DNA of 54,756 nt, from positions 1 through 54,756 of the forward strand of contig JBHLMN010000029.1 of NCBI GenBank assembly GCA_048938105.1, read 5' to 3'. This document shows, one piece after another, positions 31,001 to 40,854 of this stretch. Every line of letters starts with the position of its first letter. Position 1 is the stretch's first letter. The notes beneath the pieces were generated by a model that worked only from the letters and a program-made list of their open reading frames with translations, searched no databases and was not told where the DNA came from. The translations under genes were made by a program, and so were the position numbers. This DNA is from Promethearchaeota archaeon. Lineage in GTDB: Archaea > Asgardarchaeota > Heimdallarchaeia > Hodarchaeales > Hodarchaeaceae.

Positions 31001-31616
31001 TATTCCCTGAAATATTGCAATATGGGGAATATGAGATAGAAATCCCGCTCTCCACAAAATTTGAGATGTTATTACGGACAATAAGCCCATTTCTGACATC
31101 ATCGAACGATATCCCAATATGTCCTAAAGAAGAAGTGCCTCTATCAAGATTACAATTCAAAATTTGAAAAAAGAGACTAGTATCTTGAATATCGATAAAT
31201 GTATAAGTGTCTGCAGAGATAATATTAATATTTTCAATAAGAATAGGATTTGAAGAAGTACCAGTACCAGGCCATCCTTCAGTTGCAGCTTGAGAAAGAA
31301 AATCAGAGTTACTAGTAATGCGAATCGGGGTATGAGACTGAATAGCTCTTGAAATTCCTCCAAGTCGTAACCCATTAGTTTGAACTACCTCTGATGGACA
31401 AACAGGTTCTTGGAAATCAACGGAATTCGTGATACGATTATGACTGCTACGGGGTGAAAGTAATCGCTGCGGTATGGAAACACGGTGATGACTTTCTGAA
31501 GACAGGAGATCGGTTTCTGATGCAGATATGCTTTTCCAATGCAATAGAAGTAAATACATTAAAAAAATAACTAAAATCCAATGTTTTGGTGTTCTGGACA
31601 TTTTTCCAACCCTCAA
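28083..31616 (-). CDS. large cell-surface right-handed beta-helix (NosD/PbH1-like) protein with Ig-like domain and C-terminal anchor
   Basis: Signal peptide, GWPGTGTSSNPILI, many Asn-rich repeats, DIDGDGIVD, PNGNE Ig-like domain, Ser/Thr linker, TM, basic tail. Confidence 0.85.
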   Translation of the reverse strand: MRVGKMSRTPKHWILVIFLMYLLLLHWKSISASETDLLSSESHHRVSIPQRLLSPRSSHNRITNSVDFQEPVCPSEVVQTNGLRLGGISRAIQSHTPIRITSNSDFLSQAATEGWPGTGTSSNPILIENINIISADTYTFIDIQDTSLFFQILNCNLDRGTSSLGHIGISFDDVRNGLIVRNNISNFVESGISISYSPYCNISGNTIIDSPRGIDVDITESAYIQNNIISNNLDHSLEPVYGISLFHSFNNTLIGNYLYNAGLYIAASEDSHYIQYSVTNNYVNDKHLLYLYNVTAYTATGGGAGQIFVINSANIEISGHELTNTSNAIFVYQSSNLSIHNNMISGIDRIGIQVMHANNISIFSNVILECIDGAGISVDSSFNVSIIENNVSFINHWGIRTDHSHYLNISGNTASYNHWEGIYVCYSENSSFIGNLVFNNDDTGMMLMAIALSVISSNFVSNNGFNGIELRSSYNYDSTDNFIFNNHVTNNTNYGMYVAAYYSNIRKNEIDNNRAGGLYPGGSNCSILNNYIHDNSFWGISITRGNISSNIIKDNGDYGIYLRGGLSYVFNNTIKNQNWGIYLHRGRSNYILNNTLENTGIGLTTPSSELDLDDYYHKNVTGNTINGKKLIFWCNVSDKTIPQNTGQIILLDCRNIMISHQTLYNSSIGLICLGTRDLIICENNVSYSLFEGMYFWYTSNVTLKDNYVIKNDGDGIYFLKVEDLRIFNNTITENNDDGVDIQEGVNLYLTDNSIVDNRWHGIFVRESFQIDVTENILCNNRVGVQVRESDLVLIFNNKLYSNYYSGAKTYRSNDIIIAFNEAFNNTEAGIHIRYGNNFTISCNIAYANFLAGILVNDIDNHFFGYKNTVDSNLLISNNNSGILVWDSPGVTIINNTLQFNENFGLSVDDSDLALIHNNTFSQNSIGLHFIASKYCNVTLNTFFGNSMYAIESRAWRTMVSFNNFIDNNQGGGSQLYDGQQLGGNTYSFNYYSDWIGPDIDGDGIVDSPYLLEGPEGYLDYYPLITAYDPSVHLVSRPRVIYPNGNEVLAYGVHIEWSPSVDSFGDSVTYTIFYSPNAGNSWILLADRLTGTLFYWDLSSVPDGSNYLVKVVAISSSAISSEDISDSTFIIQNSEPTTTESSSTIKPLSTPSWTLFLLLVSMLVFTLFRVFKRRSGLF

Positions 31617-31747
31617 GATGCAGAAGGTACTAAAATAGCACCTAAAAAGACTTGTTAAAGGGATTAAATAAAGTTTCGTTATTTAAAACCTCTTCTTATA
31701 GCTATATCATTTGGCGACAATTTCTAAGGAATAATTGTCTAGTACTC

Positions 31748-31843
31748 AAATATCAGACCGAAAGCCCTCACATTGAAGATGATTGAAATTATTGACCCTG
31801 AAGCCCCCTGACGATAGGACTACTTAATTTCCACACGGTTAGC
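31748..31843 (-). repeat. near-complete 23S-trailer repeat (insertion variant)
   Basis: atcagaccgaaagccctcacattgaag...ctgacgataggactacttaatttccacacggttagc. Confidence 0.9.
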
Positions 31844-31991
31844 TTTTTGTAATAACTTTTTGGGAATGCGACTTCAAAACAGTATCTAAAGCCTTAAGAT
31901 CATCAACAGCCATTTCAAAATAGGTAGCACCCCACTCCTGAGCGATCGATTGGCCATCAACCCGTGTAACCACCTCAGAGTCAGCAAGAAG
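31839..31991 (-). pseudogene. 3' remnant of a Rab-like GTPase gene
   Basis: Translates LLADSEVVTRVDGQSIAQEWGATYFEMAVDDLKALDTVLKSHSQKVITKS*, close to 40839..41381; stop codon lies within the repeat. Confidence 0.85.
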
Positions 31992-32124
31992 TCATGGGGA
32001 GCGGATGTCTTGAAAGAAGTTATAAAAATATGAAAATCATTTTTCCATGTAGATGAAACTCTACTGATAAAATTTTAAAATGATGAAAAACACTACATAA
32101 AGAGTAATATTTTCGTGAACCACA

Positions 32125-33381
32125 ATGGGAAGAAATCAATCTCTCTGGATTTTAATAATATGGATTTTATCACAAGGATACTTGTTTTTTATCTTCTTCG
32201 AACAGCGTTCATCAGATTCTTATTATTTTTTCTCAGCGATTTCATTAATCTTTTACTTGATTTTCATCCTCCTTTTCACTAGTCGTTATCAGCACTCGCC
32301 TTCTTGGGTTGAGGAATATCACTCACAGATACAATCTGATTCTTTACAGTCACTTTATGAGCCTCTTACAGAACAAGACATTCTTACTGGTTGGTGGATT
32401 GCTCAGAAAAGGGGGTTAAGAGGCTTCTTACGGAGATTACCTCACATTGAGAGTTTCAGTTCTGATGAAACCGAACGCTCTATTCTTGTTGAAGTAGAGT
32501 CCGAAGCAGAATATTTTCAGACATCCAATACTGAAAGGTCTTTACCTTACTCTCAAGCCAGTGGTTTAGCTTATTTTTCAGAAAAAGAACCCTTTCCAGT
32601 CAATTATCCTAAGACCTTTATCAATTACCACCAAGAATTTCCTCTGCGTGGGACTCTGAAAAAAGAAACGTGTTCTACATGTGGAGGACGAGGGAAAGTA
32701 TCCTGTTCCAATTGTAATGGAAGTGGTACCGTCAGGTGTTCAAGATGTTCTGGCCGAGGTTATATAGAACGGACAGAATGGGATGGGGATAAAACCACAA
32801 CTGTTCGAGATTCCTGTTCGTGTTTTAGTGGAAGAGTTAGCTGTAGTTCCTGTGGTGGTTCTGGGGATATTACGTGTTCTATGTGCCAGGGTGAGGGTTC
32901 TCTTGGGAAATTCACTGGTAGATTATACGAATTCTTTCATTGGAAGAATGTCCATGTCTTTAAGGAGAGAAATAATGAGATCGTGGGAGACGCTGAACTC
33001 AAAGATTTACCTAATGAAGATGCACGCCTGATCGAGATATTAGAAAAAGATTTCTTTCGGGATTCAGAGCCAGATAAAATCCCAAAGGTCAGCAAAAACA
33101 CAATTACTAAGCTGTTAAGTAAAAAACAAGAATTTCAAGGGAATATTAATGAACTTGAAAACCTCTTATTCTATCGACATACATTCAGAGAATTCCCAGA
33201 AGTAAAGATTACCATAAGTAAGGATCAGAAAGATTATGTATTAGTGGGTAGAGGCTTTAGACCATTTAAAGAAGAACATGCGAAATTGGGGGATTATCCA
33301 ATATCTAAATTGCGATTGATCGCACTGTATATCCCCTATAGTGTTATTTTAACCCTCGCTTACATCTTAATCTTGCTCTAA
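32125..33381 (+). CDS. membrane protein with a DnaJ-type CxxCxGxG zinc-finger array (SSUH2-like architecture)
   Basis: CSTCGGRG, CSNCNGSG, CSRCSGRG, CSSCGGSG, CSMCQGEG; no J-domain HPD. Confidence 0.7.
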   Translation: MGRNQSLWILIIWILSQGYLFFIFFEQRSSDSYYFFSAISLIFYLIFILLFTSRYQHSPSWVEEYHSQIQSDSLQSLYEPLTEQDILTGWWIAQKRGLRGFLRRLPHIESFSSDETERSILVEVESEAEYFQTSNTERSLPYSQASGLAYFSEKEPFPVNYPKTFINYHQEFPLRGTLKKETCSTCGGRGKVSCSNCNGSGTVRCSRCSGRGYIERTEWDGDKTTTVRDSCSCFSGRVSCSSCGGSGDITCSMCQGEGSLGKFTGRLYEFFHWKNVHVFKERNNEIVGDAELKDLPNEDARLIEILEKDFFRDSEPDKIPKVSKNTITKLLSKKQEFQGNINELENLLFYRHTFREFPEVKITISKDQKDYVLVGRGFRPFKEEHAKLGDYPISKLRLIALYIPYSVILTLAYILILL

Positions 33382-33392
33382 AAGCCGTCATT

Positions 33393-34538
33393 TTATTGTA
33401 TTCGGATTAACCTTCCCTGACAAAAAGGGCATGCACTAATACCAACGACTTTACTGCTCTCATGACAGCTCGCGCACACATTACGAGAACATTTTTCACA
33501 CTCATAGGCGGAATCGGTAGCGGGATGTTTTTGGCCATCGATCTGACAAAAAAAACTCCTTCTTTCTTTAGGAGTCGGAATAATTTCTGAATCAAGATCC
33601 ATTGGTTCAGGTGCTACAGGTTTTGGTGGTTTTTCAATTGTTGTCTCATAGAGTTTCTTAGCTAGAGGAGTAAAAATAATGTCATTCCTTGCCTCTGACT
33701 CAATTGAAGGTGGAGGTTTAGGAGATTTCCTAGGTAGCACTGGACTGGGAGGCGAAGGCGACCTCAGCAGGAATAAAAAGATAATAATGAAAAATCCCAA
33801 TCCTGTAAGAAAAAGCGATGCGATCAGGGAATATGTAGGATCATCAGCTAAAGGAGAAGTTGTAGCTGGAGCTGAAGTTGGTGCAGGAGGATCTTCAGAA
33901 TAAAAAATGAGGAGAGGAGGACTACCAAGACCTTTTTGTGTCCCCTCCCTAGAAATAAATGAAATAAGGTCAAATCCAGTTCTAATTGTATCTGTTTGGA
34001 GAATAAAAGTCAATTTTTCATCTACCATTAAATTATCCTCAATCCAGCTAGAGACATCCCAACTATAATTATAAAAATCTGAACCCACATTCTGTGTATC
34101 CAAAGGTATGTAAGGAGGAAGTGGGAAATTATTGAAGGTGACCTCTGCTTCGTCCCAGGTAGTATTATTACAACCATAAACCTCAACCAAATAACTTGTT
34201 AACACAACTCCTGTTTGTAATTGTAATACAACAAAAGCTAATGAATCTGGAAGTAGTTTATATGGAATATCAAATCGAAGAATGATCAACTGTTCAGCAG
34301 TTTCAGTCTTCCAGATCTGTAATCCATCAGCGAAACCATGATTTCTAGAAGGAGCAGTTGAATCAACGTAGGAATCAGCTTCAGCAATGCAGACAACTCT
34401 TGGGTATAGGTTCGGACTCCCATCAACCCCAAAAAACCCATATATCTGTAAAACGAGGGTAAAGATAAAGAAAAAGGAAAACGTCCTTGTAGAAGATTTT
34501 CTAAACAAATGATGGATTTTTTGTAGCATTCCTGCCAC
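33393..34538 (-). CDS. single-pass protein: extracellular DNRLRE/CBM96-like domain, TM, Pro-rich linker, cytoplasmic Cys-rich zinc finger
   Basis: ADSYVD..P..NHG, LRFDI, WDEAEVTFNN, FISRE; C-terminal CQID...CEKC...CASC...CPFC. Confidence 0.7.
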   Translation of the reverse strand: MAGMLQKIHHLFRKSSTRTFSFFFIFTLVLQIYGFFGVDGSPNLYPRVVCIAEADSYVDSTAPSRNHGFADGLQIWKTETAEQLIILRFDIPYKLLPDSLAFVVLQLQTGVVLTSYLVEVYGCNNTTWDEAEVTFNNFPLPPYIPLDTQNVGSDFYNYSWDVSSWIEDNLMVDEKLTFILQTDTIRTGFDLISFISREGTQKGLGSPPLLIFYSEDPPAPTSAPATTSPLADDPTYSLIASLFLTGLGFFIIIFLFLLRSPSPPSPVLPRKSPKPPPSIESEARNDIIFTPLAKKLYETTIEKPPKPVAPEPMDLDSEIIPTPKERRSFFCQIDGQKHPATDSAYECEKCSRNVCASCHESSKVVGISACPFCQGRLIRIQ

Positions 34539-34713
34539 TCATCCTTATCCATAAACATATGACCTTGTAGTTTTATAACCTTAACTCTCATCTGGAGGAA
34601 GATCAAAATCAGAATGGCCAATAATTTCTTGAAAATATTCTTTTGATGCTAGAGGTGAACCAAAAAAACAGAATCTAAGATAATTAAATCTCCAGTCATC
34701 TAACGGCGAGAAT

Positions 34714-36513
34714 TCAGCTCGTAAATCTTTTGCGACACATAAAACGAAAAAGCACCATAGCTAGGACTAAACTAATGGAACTAATGGTTCCAAAACCTGG
34801 AGATGTTTCTGAGGATGTCGTTTCTGAGGATGTCGTTGCTTCCCTTATAGAAAACGACCAGACCAAACTCCATGGGCTACTCTCACTCTTGGAATCGACA
34901 GCTCTCACACGCCAGTAATACGTCCCAACCGCAAGGGGGAGGGTTTCATATGAAGAAGTGGTGACATTAACGTCAAGAACTCGAGGGATGTTGAAAAAAA
35001 CCGCATCATCAATTTGAATTACATATTCAACGGTATCATTGACCTCTGTCCAGTTTAGCAATGGTGTATTATCTGTAAGGACTGTTCTGTCAGGAGGAGA
35101 GATTAAAATAGGAACGTCAGCCGCAATGGTGAACGACCAGCTCAAACTCCAGGGGCTAACATTACCCTCTGCATCCACAGCATGGACACGCCAATAAAAA
35201 CTGCCATTTGGGAGGATTGATAACTCATTTGAGTTAGTAAAGGCATTGATATATACAAGCCAAGGCCAGGTGAATGAAAGCTCATCATCCACTTGCACCA
35301 CATAGTATGCAGCATTTCCGATCTCAATCCATTCTAATAGTGGTGAAGCATCTGTAAGGATTACCCCGTCAACAGGGGAGAGTAAAATAGGTGCATTACT
35401 AACAATTGGAGGATAACTTCTAGTATACTTCAAATCATGAGGTCCACCAGCAAAGTAGCTAATGTGAACATAGCCACTGGTATCCAGCGCCAGCGAAGTA
35501 TACCGGCCAACAGAGCTCCAACTGTCCACCGTTGTAATATGCCACCCACTAGCATTCTGGTAAACGTACTTCAAATCACTATTTGGTAAGCCATCATAAT
35601 AGCTGATGTGAGCATAGCCACTGGCATCCAGCGCCAGCGAAGTATATTGACCAACATCACCCGTACTGTCCACCGTTGTAGTATACCACCCACTAACATT
35701 CTGGTGAGCATACTTCAAATCACCATATGTGGAGTAATAATAGCTGATGTGAGCATAGCCACTGGCATCCAGCGCCAGCGAAGTATACTGGCCCGTTTCC
35801 CATGTACGATCCACAGTTATAGTATACCACCCACTAGCATTCTGGTGAGCGTACTTCAAATCACGATTTGCGGAATCATAATAGCTGATGTGAGCATAGC
35901 CACTGGCATCCAGCGCCAGCGAAGTATACCGGCCTGTTGTACCCGCACTGTCCACGGTTGTAATATACCACCCACTAGCATTCTGATGAGCGTACTTCAA
36001 ATCACCATGTGAGGTATCATAATAGCTGATGTGAGCATAGCCACTAGCATCCAGCGCCAGCGAAGTCTCCCAGCCGACATAACCCGTACTGTCCAATGTT
36101 GTAATATACCACCCACTAGCATTCTGGTGAGCGTACTTCAAATCACTATTTGTAGAGTCATGATAGCTGATGTGAGCATAGCCACTGGCATCCAGCGCCA
36201 GCGAAGTATGCAAGCCAACATTACCCACGGTGTCCACGGTTATAATGTGCCACCCACTAGCATTCTGGTGAGCGTACTTCAAATCACCATTTAAGTAATC
36301 ATGATAGCTGATGTGAGCATTGCCACTGGCATCCAGCGCCAAGGAAGTGAACACGCCAACGGTCTCTGAACTATCTACAATCGTAAAGGACCAGGTTATT
36401 GAAACCCCTGCAACATAAGACACCTTTCTAAAGCTCATAAACAGTAAAAGGGCAAGAGTAAGAAGTAGGAACCACATAGGTGTCGATTTCCTCTTTCTGT
36501 GGAAAGGCTTCAT
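34714..36513 (-). CDS. cell-surface protein with 7 x ~47-aa beta-propeller repeats and two FN3/Ig-like domains; paralog of 21925..24765
   Basis: Counted 7 repeats; same C-terminal domains and SPGF-TM-basic tail. Confidence 0.85.
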   Translation of the reverse strand: MKPFHRKRKSTPMWFLLLTLALLLFMSFRKVSYVAGVSITWSFTIVDSSETVGVFTSLALDASGNAHISYHDYLNGDLKYAHQNASGWHIITVDTVGNVGLHTSLALDASGYAHISYHDSTNSDLKYAHQNASGWYITTLDSTGYVGWETSLALDASGYAHISYYDTSHGDLKYAHQNASGWYITTVDSAGTTGRYTSLALDASGYAHISYYDSANRDLKYAHQNASGWYTITVDRTWETGQYTSLALDASGYAHISYYYSTYGDLKYAHQNVSGWYTTTVDSTGDVGQYTSLALDASGYAHISYYDGLPNSDLKYVYQNASGWHITTVDSWSSVGRYTSLALDTSGYVHISYFAGGPHDLKYTRSYPPIVSNAPILLSPVDGVILTDASPLLEWIEIGNAAYYVVQVDDELSFTWPWLVYINAFTNSNELSILPNGSFYWRVHAVDAEGNVSPWSLSWSFTIAADVPILISPPDRTVLTDNTPLLNWTEVNDTVEYVIQIDDAVFFNIPRVLDVNVTTSSYETLPLAVGTYYWRVRAVDSKSESSPWSLVWSFSIREATTSSETTSSETSPGFGTISSISLVLAMVLFRFMCRKRFTS

Positions 36514-36697
36514 TCAATCATCTTCATCAAAATTCAGTGTTAAGTTCGAATACTAGTATCAGGCATCAGAATATAAAAAGATGACTACTCATAGGATACA
36601 AAAACTGAACTGCTGAAGAGTCAACGCACCTTAATAAGGCGGAATGCAGCATTCCAGCTAATCTTCCACGATGTTATTTTATTGATTGAGTTCGAAA

Positions 36698-36759
36698 TAA
36701 GCTAACGACTCCTGAAGCCCCCTGACGATAGCGTGGGGGAAAGATCCTAATTTCCATAC
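36698..36759 (-). repeat. partial 23S-trailer repeat (B+C)
   Basis: aagctaacgactcctgaagccccctgacgatagcgtggggg...taatttcca. Confidence 0.85.
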
Positions 36760-36933
36760 TGTCGGATCTTTGAACTCCTCTAAATTGGGGTTTTTAGCAA
36801 TGTATCAAGTTGAGATCACAAAGTGATTGCTATAGTTAATTTCTAAGATCTTCGAAGAATCACATTTTTTGTTCAAAGAAAGGTATTTATATGAATAAAT
36901 ATACTTATTCAAATAAGATAGCTTATTTGGATA

Positions 36934-37407
36934 ATGGTGTTTAAAATGCAGAAAGATATCAGATATCTCCAAGAAAGAAGTGTAAATTTAAATCGAATCA
37001 CAGATCGTCTGGTAACAACTTTTAACAAATTTGCAGATGAATATTTGAAAGTTGAAGGCAAATTTGACCCAATCTATTTCTATAGAGATGGAAAACTAGT
37101 CCAATATGTTACTATCGATGAGGGCGGGTACCCAGAGGAATCAGTTATTCTAGCATTAGATTCAGCTGGTTTATGGATTCTAGAAGCTGAACCTTCTGAC
37201 TTGAAAGAGATCTTCCCAATGAAAAGTAGTGCTCGGAAATTCAGTGAGCTGCCATCCAAAGTGCAATTTCAATTGATCTCAGACCTCCCAGAGATAGTGA
37301 AATTCTTTGCAAATGAAATGCTGAAAAGAGAAGAACAAGCACAGGAAATCCTTGAAAAATTAGAAAAAATAGTTGATGACTTTAATTCAAAGGAAGAAAA
37401 TCAATAA
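36934..37407 (+). CDS. hypothetical protein
   Basis: 157 aa, charged soluble composition. Confidence 0.65.
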   Translation: MVFKMQKDIRYLQERSVNLNRITDRLVTTFNKFADEYLKVEGKFDPIYFYRDGKLVQYVTIDEGGYPEESVILALDSAGLWILEAEPSDLKEIFPMKSSARKFSELPSKVQFQLISDLPEIVKFFANEMLKREEQAQEILEKLEKIVDDFNSKEENQ

Positions 37408-37658
37408 CATCACTGGAAGTCTTTGATAGAGAGTGATAATCTTGGAACCGTCTGCTAAGCCTTTTTCAGAGAAAAAAAAGTGTAGCAAGACTCTAAACCA
37501 TGACAGTGATTGTGATATAAATCTTTGCAACCCAGAGATTTTGAATTATCTGTTTAATGCTAAAGCAATTCTAAAAAAGTATTACACTGAGAAGCTGGTA
37601 AAAGAAAATAATTTTGAGTAAGGCGAGAAATCAGAAGATTGAGGAAGAAAATATTAAC

Positions 37659-37761
37659 CAGACATCAGACCGAACACCCTCACATTGAAGATTATTGAAA
37701 TTATTGACTCCTGAAGCCAACTGACAATATTTTTCTAAAGATACTTAATTTCCACACAGTT
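37659..37761 (-). repeat. near-complete 23S-trailer repeat (insertion variant)
   Basis: cagacatcagaccgaacaccctcacattgaag...gactcctgaagccaactgac...ttaatttccacac. Confidence 0.9.
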
Positions 37762-38339
37762 TGTGCTAAGTCCTCTAAATTGGTGTTTTAAGTATCGATT
37801 CAATTTGATGCGATAATAAACGAATAGTTTCTTCAATTTCTTGAAGGTCTTAGTTTCTAACATAGCACTTGGGTCACTGGAAATTAGCACTAGCAAATTA
37901 ATCGGCTCTAGCTTGGATTTGAACCCCATCAATGATTCAAGCTGTTTTGCTTCCGATTAAACCCCAGAGGGTAACTGCAATTCGTTAGCCTTCTCTAGGA
38001 GAGTTAAAAATGTTATACGTCAGACTCATAAGCATCTGAGACATGAAGTCTTAAAGTGGGATCTGCTAATGATATTAAAAGGACATCATCTAAATGATTC
38101 ATAAACTTCAGAGTCAGGAGAACTTGTCGAATTGTTCGGAGTCAAAATCGTTATAGAATTGCCTGTAAATCCTCTTCTTTTTCGATTGCTTCTGCTTCAG
38201 GAATGATTTCACTTGCTTCCGTAGTTATTCGTTTAACCGCTTCATGAATTGAATTATTATAGATAGATGTCTGGAAAAACGTGATCGAAGCCACTAGCAG
38301 CTTATAATAAAAAAAAGGAATAAATTAATGATAATTTAT

Positions 38340-39374
38340 TCATTCGAACTCCGCGCCAGTTATTACTGGACGAATAAGAAGTGGATGATCTCCGCTGAAA
38401 CCAACACTACTGCTGCATTCTTCATCTTCTGCTTCCAAGAGGAATCGAATAGCACTAAAAACAGATACCCTTCCATCCTGTGGAATCGGATACTCTCGGG
38501 TAGCTAGCCAATGATCAAGCTTAAAGTAATATGGCAATTGTCCAAGTCGGTTATAATCTTGAGACTCATGACGATTAGCAATATTTCGGTGCTTTTCTTC
38601 GAGTAATATCCAATTGTTGTCATAATAATCGTACATCACACCAATATAAATATCTGCCCAGAAATGAGCCTCTTCAGGCCAAAAAAGCTCTCCATCACCA
38701 TGGCAACCGCCATCGTAATATTCAGATTCAGCACCTCCAAAATGATAATGTGCTTTGAATCTCCCTCGATATCTTGGATACCACATTGCTTGGACTAAGA
38801 GATAGAATGAACACCTGTTCCAGCCGTCATGTCCACCGATTAAATACATGTTCATCTCAGCTGAGGCAGTTGTAACCTGATCTGCTTCTGGTTTGACTAT
38901 CCACTTAAAATCTGGGGGCGCGTCATCCCAATCTGTTATATTTGGTTGGTGATCACCCTCAAGATGCCAACTGAGCTTTGGTCCATCAATAAATCCAGTC
39001 CACGCTGGTTGTATGTAAAGTTCTGGGGAAGGTGGGGGAATATTACCTTGTATGTAATCTTCAATATTCTGAACTTTATGAATCATTTCATCAATAGTTG
39101 GTTGATTCACTCTCATGTATACTTGTCCAGTTGGGCCTGGATTCGACTTCAGTCCAAAAATACGTTTTTTCTCTTCAATTCGCCAACGTTTAGCCTCTCT
39201 GTCACCAATTATGCCCTGTTTGATAAGCCATTCCCGGGCTTTTTCACGCCTTTGTTGGATAAGAGGATAGATCTCTTTGGACTTCTCAATCAGTCTGTTT
39301 CTTTCTTCAATAAGGGTCTTTAATTTTTTAAGACCAAAATGTTCTATTAGATCAATTTCTCTCTTTTTCTCCAT
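38340..39374 (-). CDS. hypothetical protein (N-terminal coiled coil, aromatic-rich beta domain)
   Basis: 344 aa with ggagg upstream of the start. Confidence 0.7.
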   Translation of the reverse strand: MEKKREIDLIEHFGLKKLKTLIEERNRLIEKSKEIYPLIQQRREKAREWLIKQGIIGDREAKRWRIEEKKRIFGLKSNPGPTGQVYMRVNQPTIDEMIHKVQNIEDYIQGNIPPPSPELYIQPAWTGFIDGPKLSWHLEGDHQPNITDWDDAPPDFKWIVKPEADQVTTASAEMNMYLIGGHDGWNRCSFYLLVQAMWYPRYRGRFKAHYHFGGAESEYYDGGCHGDGELFWPEEAHFWADIYIGVMYDYYDNNWILLEEKHRNIANRHESQDYNRLGQLPYYFKLDHWLATREYPIPQDGRVSVFSAIRFLLEAEDEECSSSVGFSGDHPLLIRPVITGAEFE

Positions 39375-39620
39375 TTTTCTACCTCCAATACTTAAGATGG
39401 TTCTTTTTTACAGTTTAGGTATTTCTTGTCATCGCGCCCCTCCTCGGCGCTCCCTCTTGAGAGGTAATATGAATAGGGAGAGATCAAAGCTAATATTAAT
39501 CCATTCCCAGATTTCAACCTCTCAGGAATCAGAAATATCGACTCTCCTCATCGTAATGAAAAACTTTGCAATGAGACCCTTTATAGTAGATTCATTTGCA
39601 TATAAACTTTTCGAGAATAA

Positions 39621-39710
39621 AAAACGCAGAAATCATGACTCCTGAAGCCCCCTGATGATAGATTTTTGGAAAAATCTTAATTTCCACAATTTCTGAAAAA
39701 ATTAGTCTTG
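39621..39710 (-). repeat. partial 23S-trailer repeat (B+C)
   Basis: tgactcctgaagccccctgatgatagatttttggaaaaatcttaatttccacaa. Confidence 0.85.
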
Positions 39711-39766
39711 ACTAAGATATAAAAACCCTTATAAGTGGAGAATTTCCTCTATTAGAATGGAGTAAA

Positions 39767-40204
39767 ATGATTTCCTTTGAGAAAGAAAATGACTTGGATC
39801 GAATTCTTGGGACACCTAGTGCTCAAAACATAATCCGAACTCTCGCGTGTTGGGAAAGATTACCAGTCAAAGCATTAATTGAAAAAACACATTTGAGTGA
39901 AAGCCAAATTCATGCAACATTAAAGAACTTAATTCAAATTGGGATTGTAACCAGTCCTTCACGCGGATATTACCAGTTTACACAAACAGAAGTGGTAAGA
40001 AAAATCCAAGAAGCTTATACCTCCATTCTTATTCAGTCCGTGGGAGAGGAGCTCTACAAAATAATGAAGACTACCAACGAGTATACACCAGAGGAATTAG
40101 CAGCCATTTTAGGAAAACTACAAGAAAAATGGGGCCCAATAATACAGAACCATTATTCACGAATGTTTTCATCTCTAGTCGAATCTACAATTGATCAGAT
40201 TTAA
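39767..40204 (+). CDS. winged helix-turn-helix protein
   Basis: LIEKTHLSESQIHATLKNLIQIGIV...RGYY wHTH pattern. Confidence 0.75.
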   Translation: MISFEKENDLDRILGTPSAQNIIRTLACWERLPVKALIEKTHLSESQIHATLKNLIQIGIVTSPSRGYYQFTQTEVVRKIQEAYTSILIQSVGEELYKIMKTTNEYTPEELAAILGKLQEKWGPIIQNHYSRMFSSLVESTIDQI

Positions 40205-40212
40205 GGGATTCT

Positions 40213-40683
40213 ATGCGACACCCCTCTGATCAGCTGTTAGAATCTATAGACGAGGCAAAACGACTCATTTTCGATCATTTTCAAATCAACATTGAAGCTG
40301 ACATTATCATTTGTACCATTGATGAAATGACCAATCGACTTAACCAGCTTTATTCACCAAAAGCATTACCCATTTTTGAAAAAATCAAACCATTATTACG
40401 CTATCTGGATGGAAAATACTTCAAGGAAGAACAGGAAATATGGCTGATTGAGGAAAGAGGAGAAAATTTACCCACAATTATGCATGAAATGTTACATTCA
40501 ATCCAAAAATGTGATACAGACTATCGGGACCCTATTGTACACTATCTCACATTTAAACTAACTGGAGACAAAACAGGGATTTATAATACTTTGATCGAAG
40601 ATTGGAGAGAAATAGAAAGAATATATGGCCTCAATCAAATAAAAGAAAGATTGATCTCAGAAGGAGACTGTGAAGACTTCTAG
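40213..40683 (+). CDS. HExxH zinc-metallopeptidase-like protein
   Basis: TIMHEMLHSIQ; 8 bp downstream of the wHTH gene. Confidence 0.65.
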   Translation: MRHPSDQLLESIDEAKRLIFDHFQINIEADIIICTIDEMTNRLNQLYSPKALPIFEKIKPLLRYLDGKYFKEEQEIWLIEERGENLPTIMHEMLHSIQKCDTDYRDPIVHYLTFKLTGDKTGIYNTLIEDWREIERIYGLNQIKERLISEGDCEDF

Positions 40684-40811
40684 AAAGATCTATCTTCTCA
40701 AAAAGAACTATAAAAGAAAACAGACAGAATAATAAAACACCAACAAGAAACCAAGGGTGAGGAGAGGCTTTTTGACCAGAATGTTGCGTTTCCTCATCCA
40801 TTTCTCATTCA

Positions 40812-40854
40812 CCGAAACGCAAGAACAGCGTACAGACATCAGACCGACTGCCCT
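40812..40854 (-). repeat. module A of the 23S-trailer repeat supplying the stop of 40839..41381
   Basis: gaaacgcaagaacagcgtacagacatcagaccgactgccct. Confidence 0.9.

Noticed and set aside
21925-36513. Diversity-generating retroelement acting on the propeller genes
   Set aside because: No reverse transcriptase or template repeat in the window, and variation is not evidently adenine-specific
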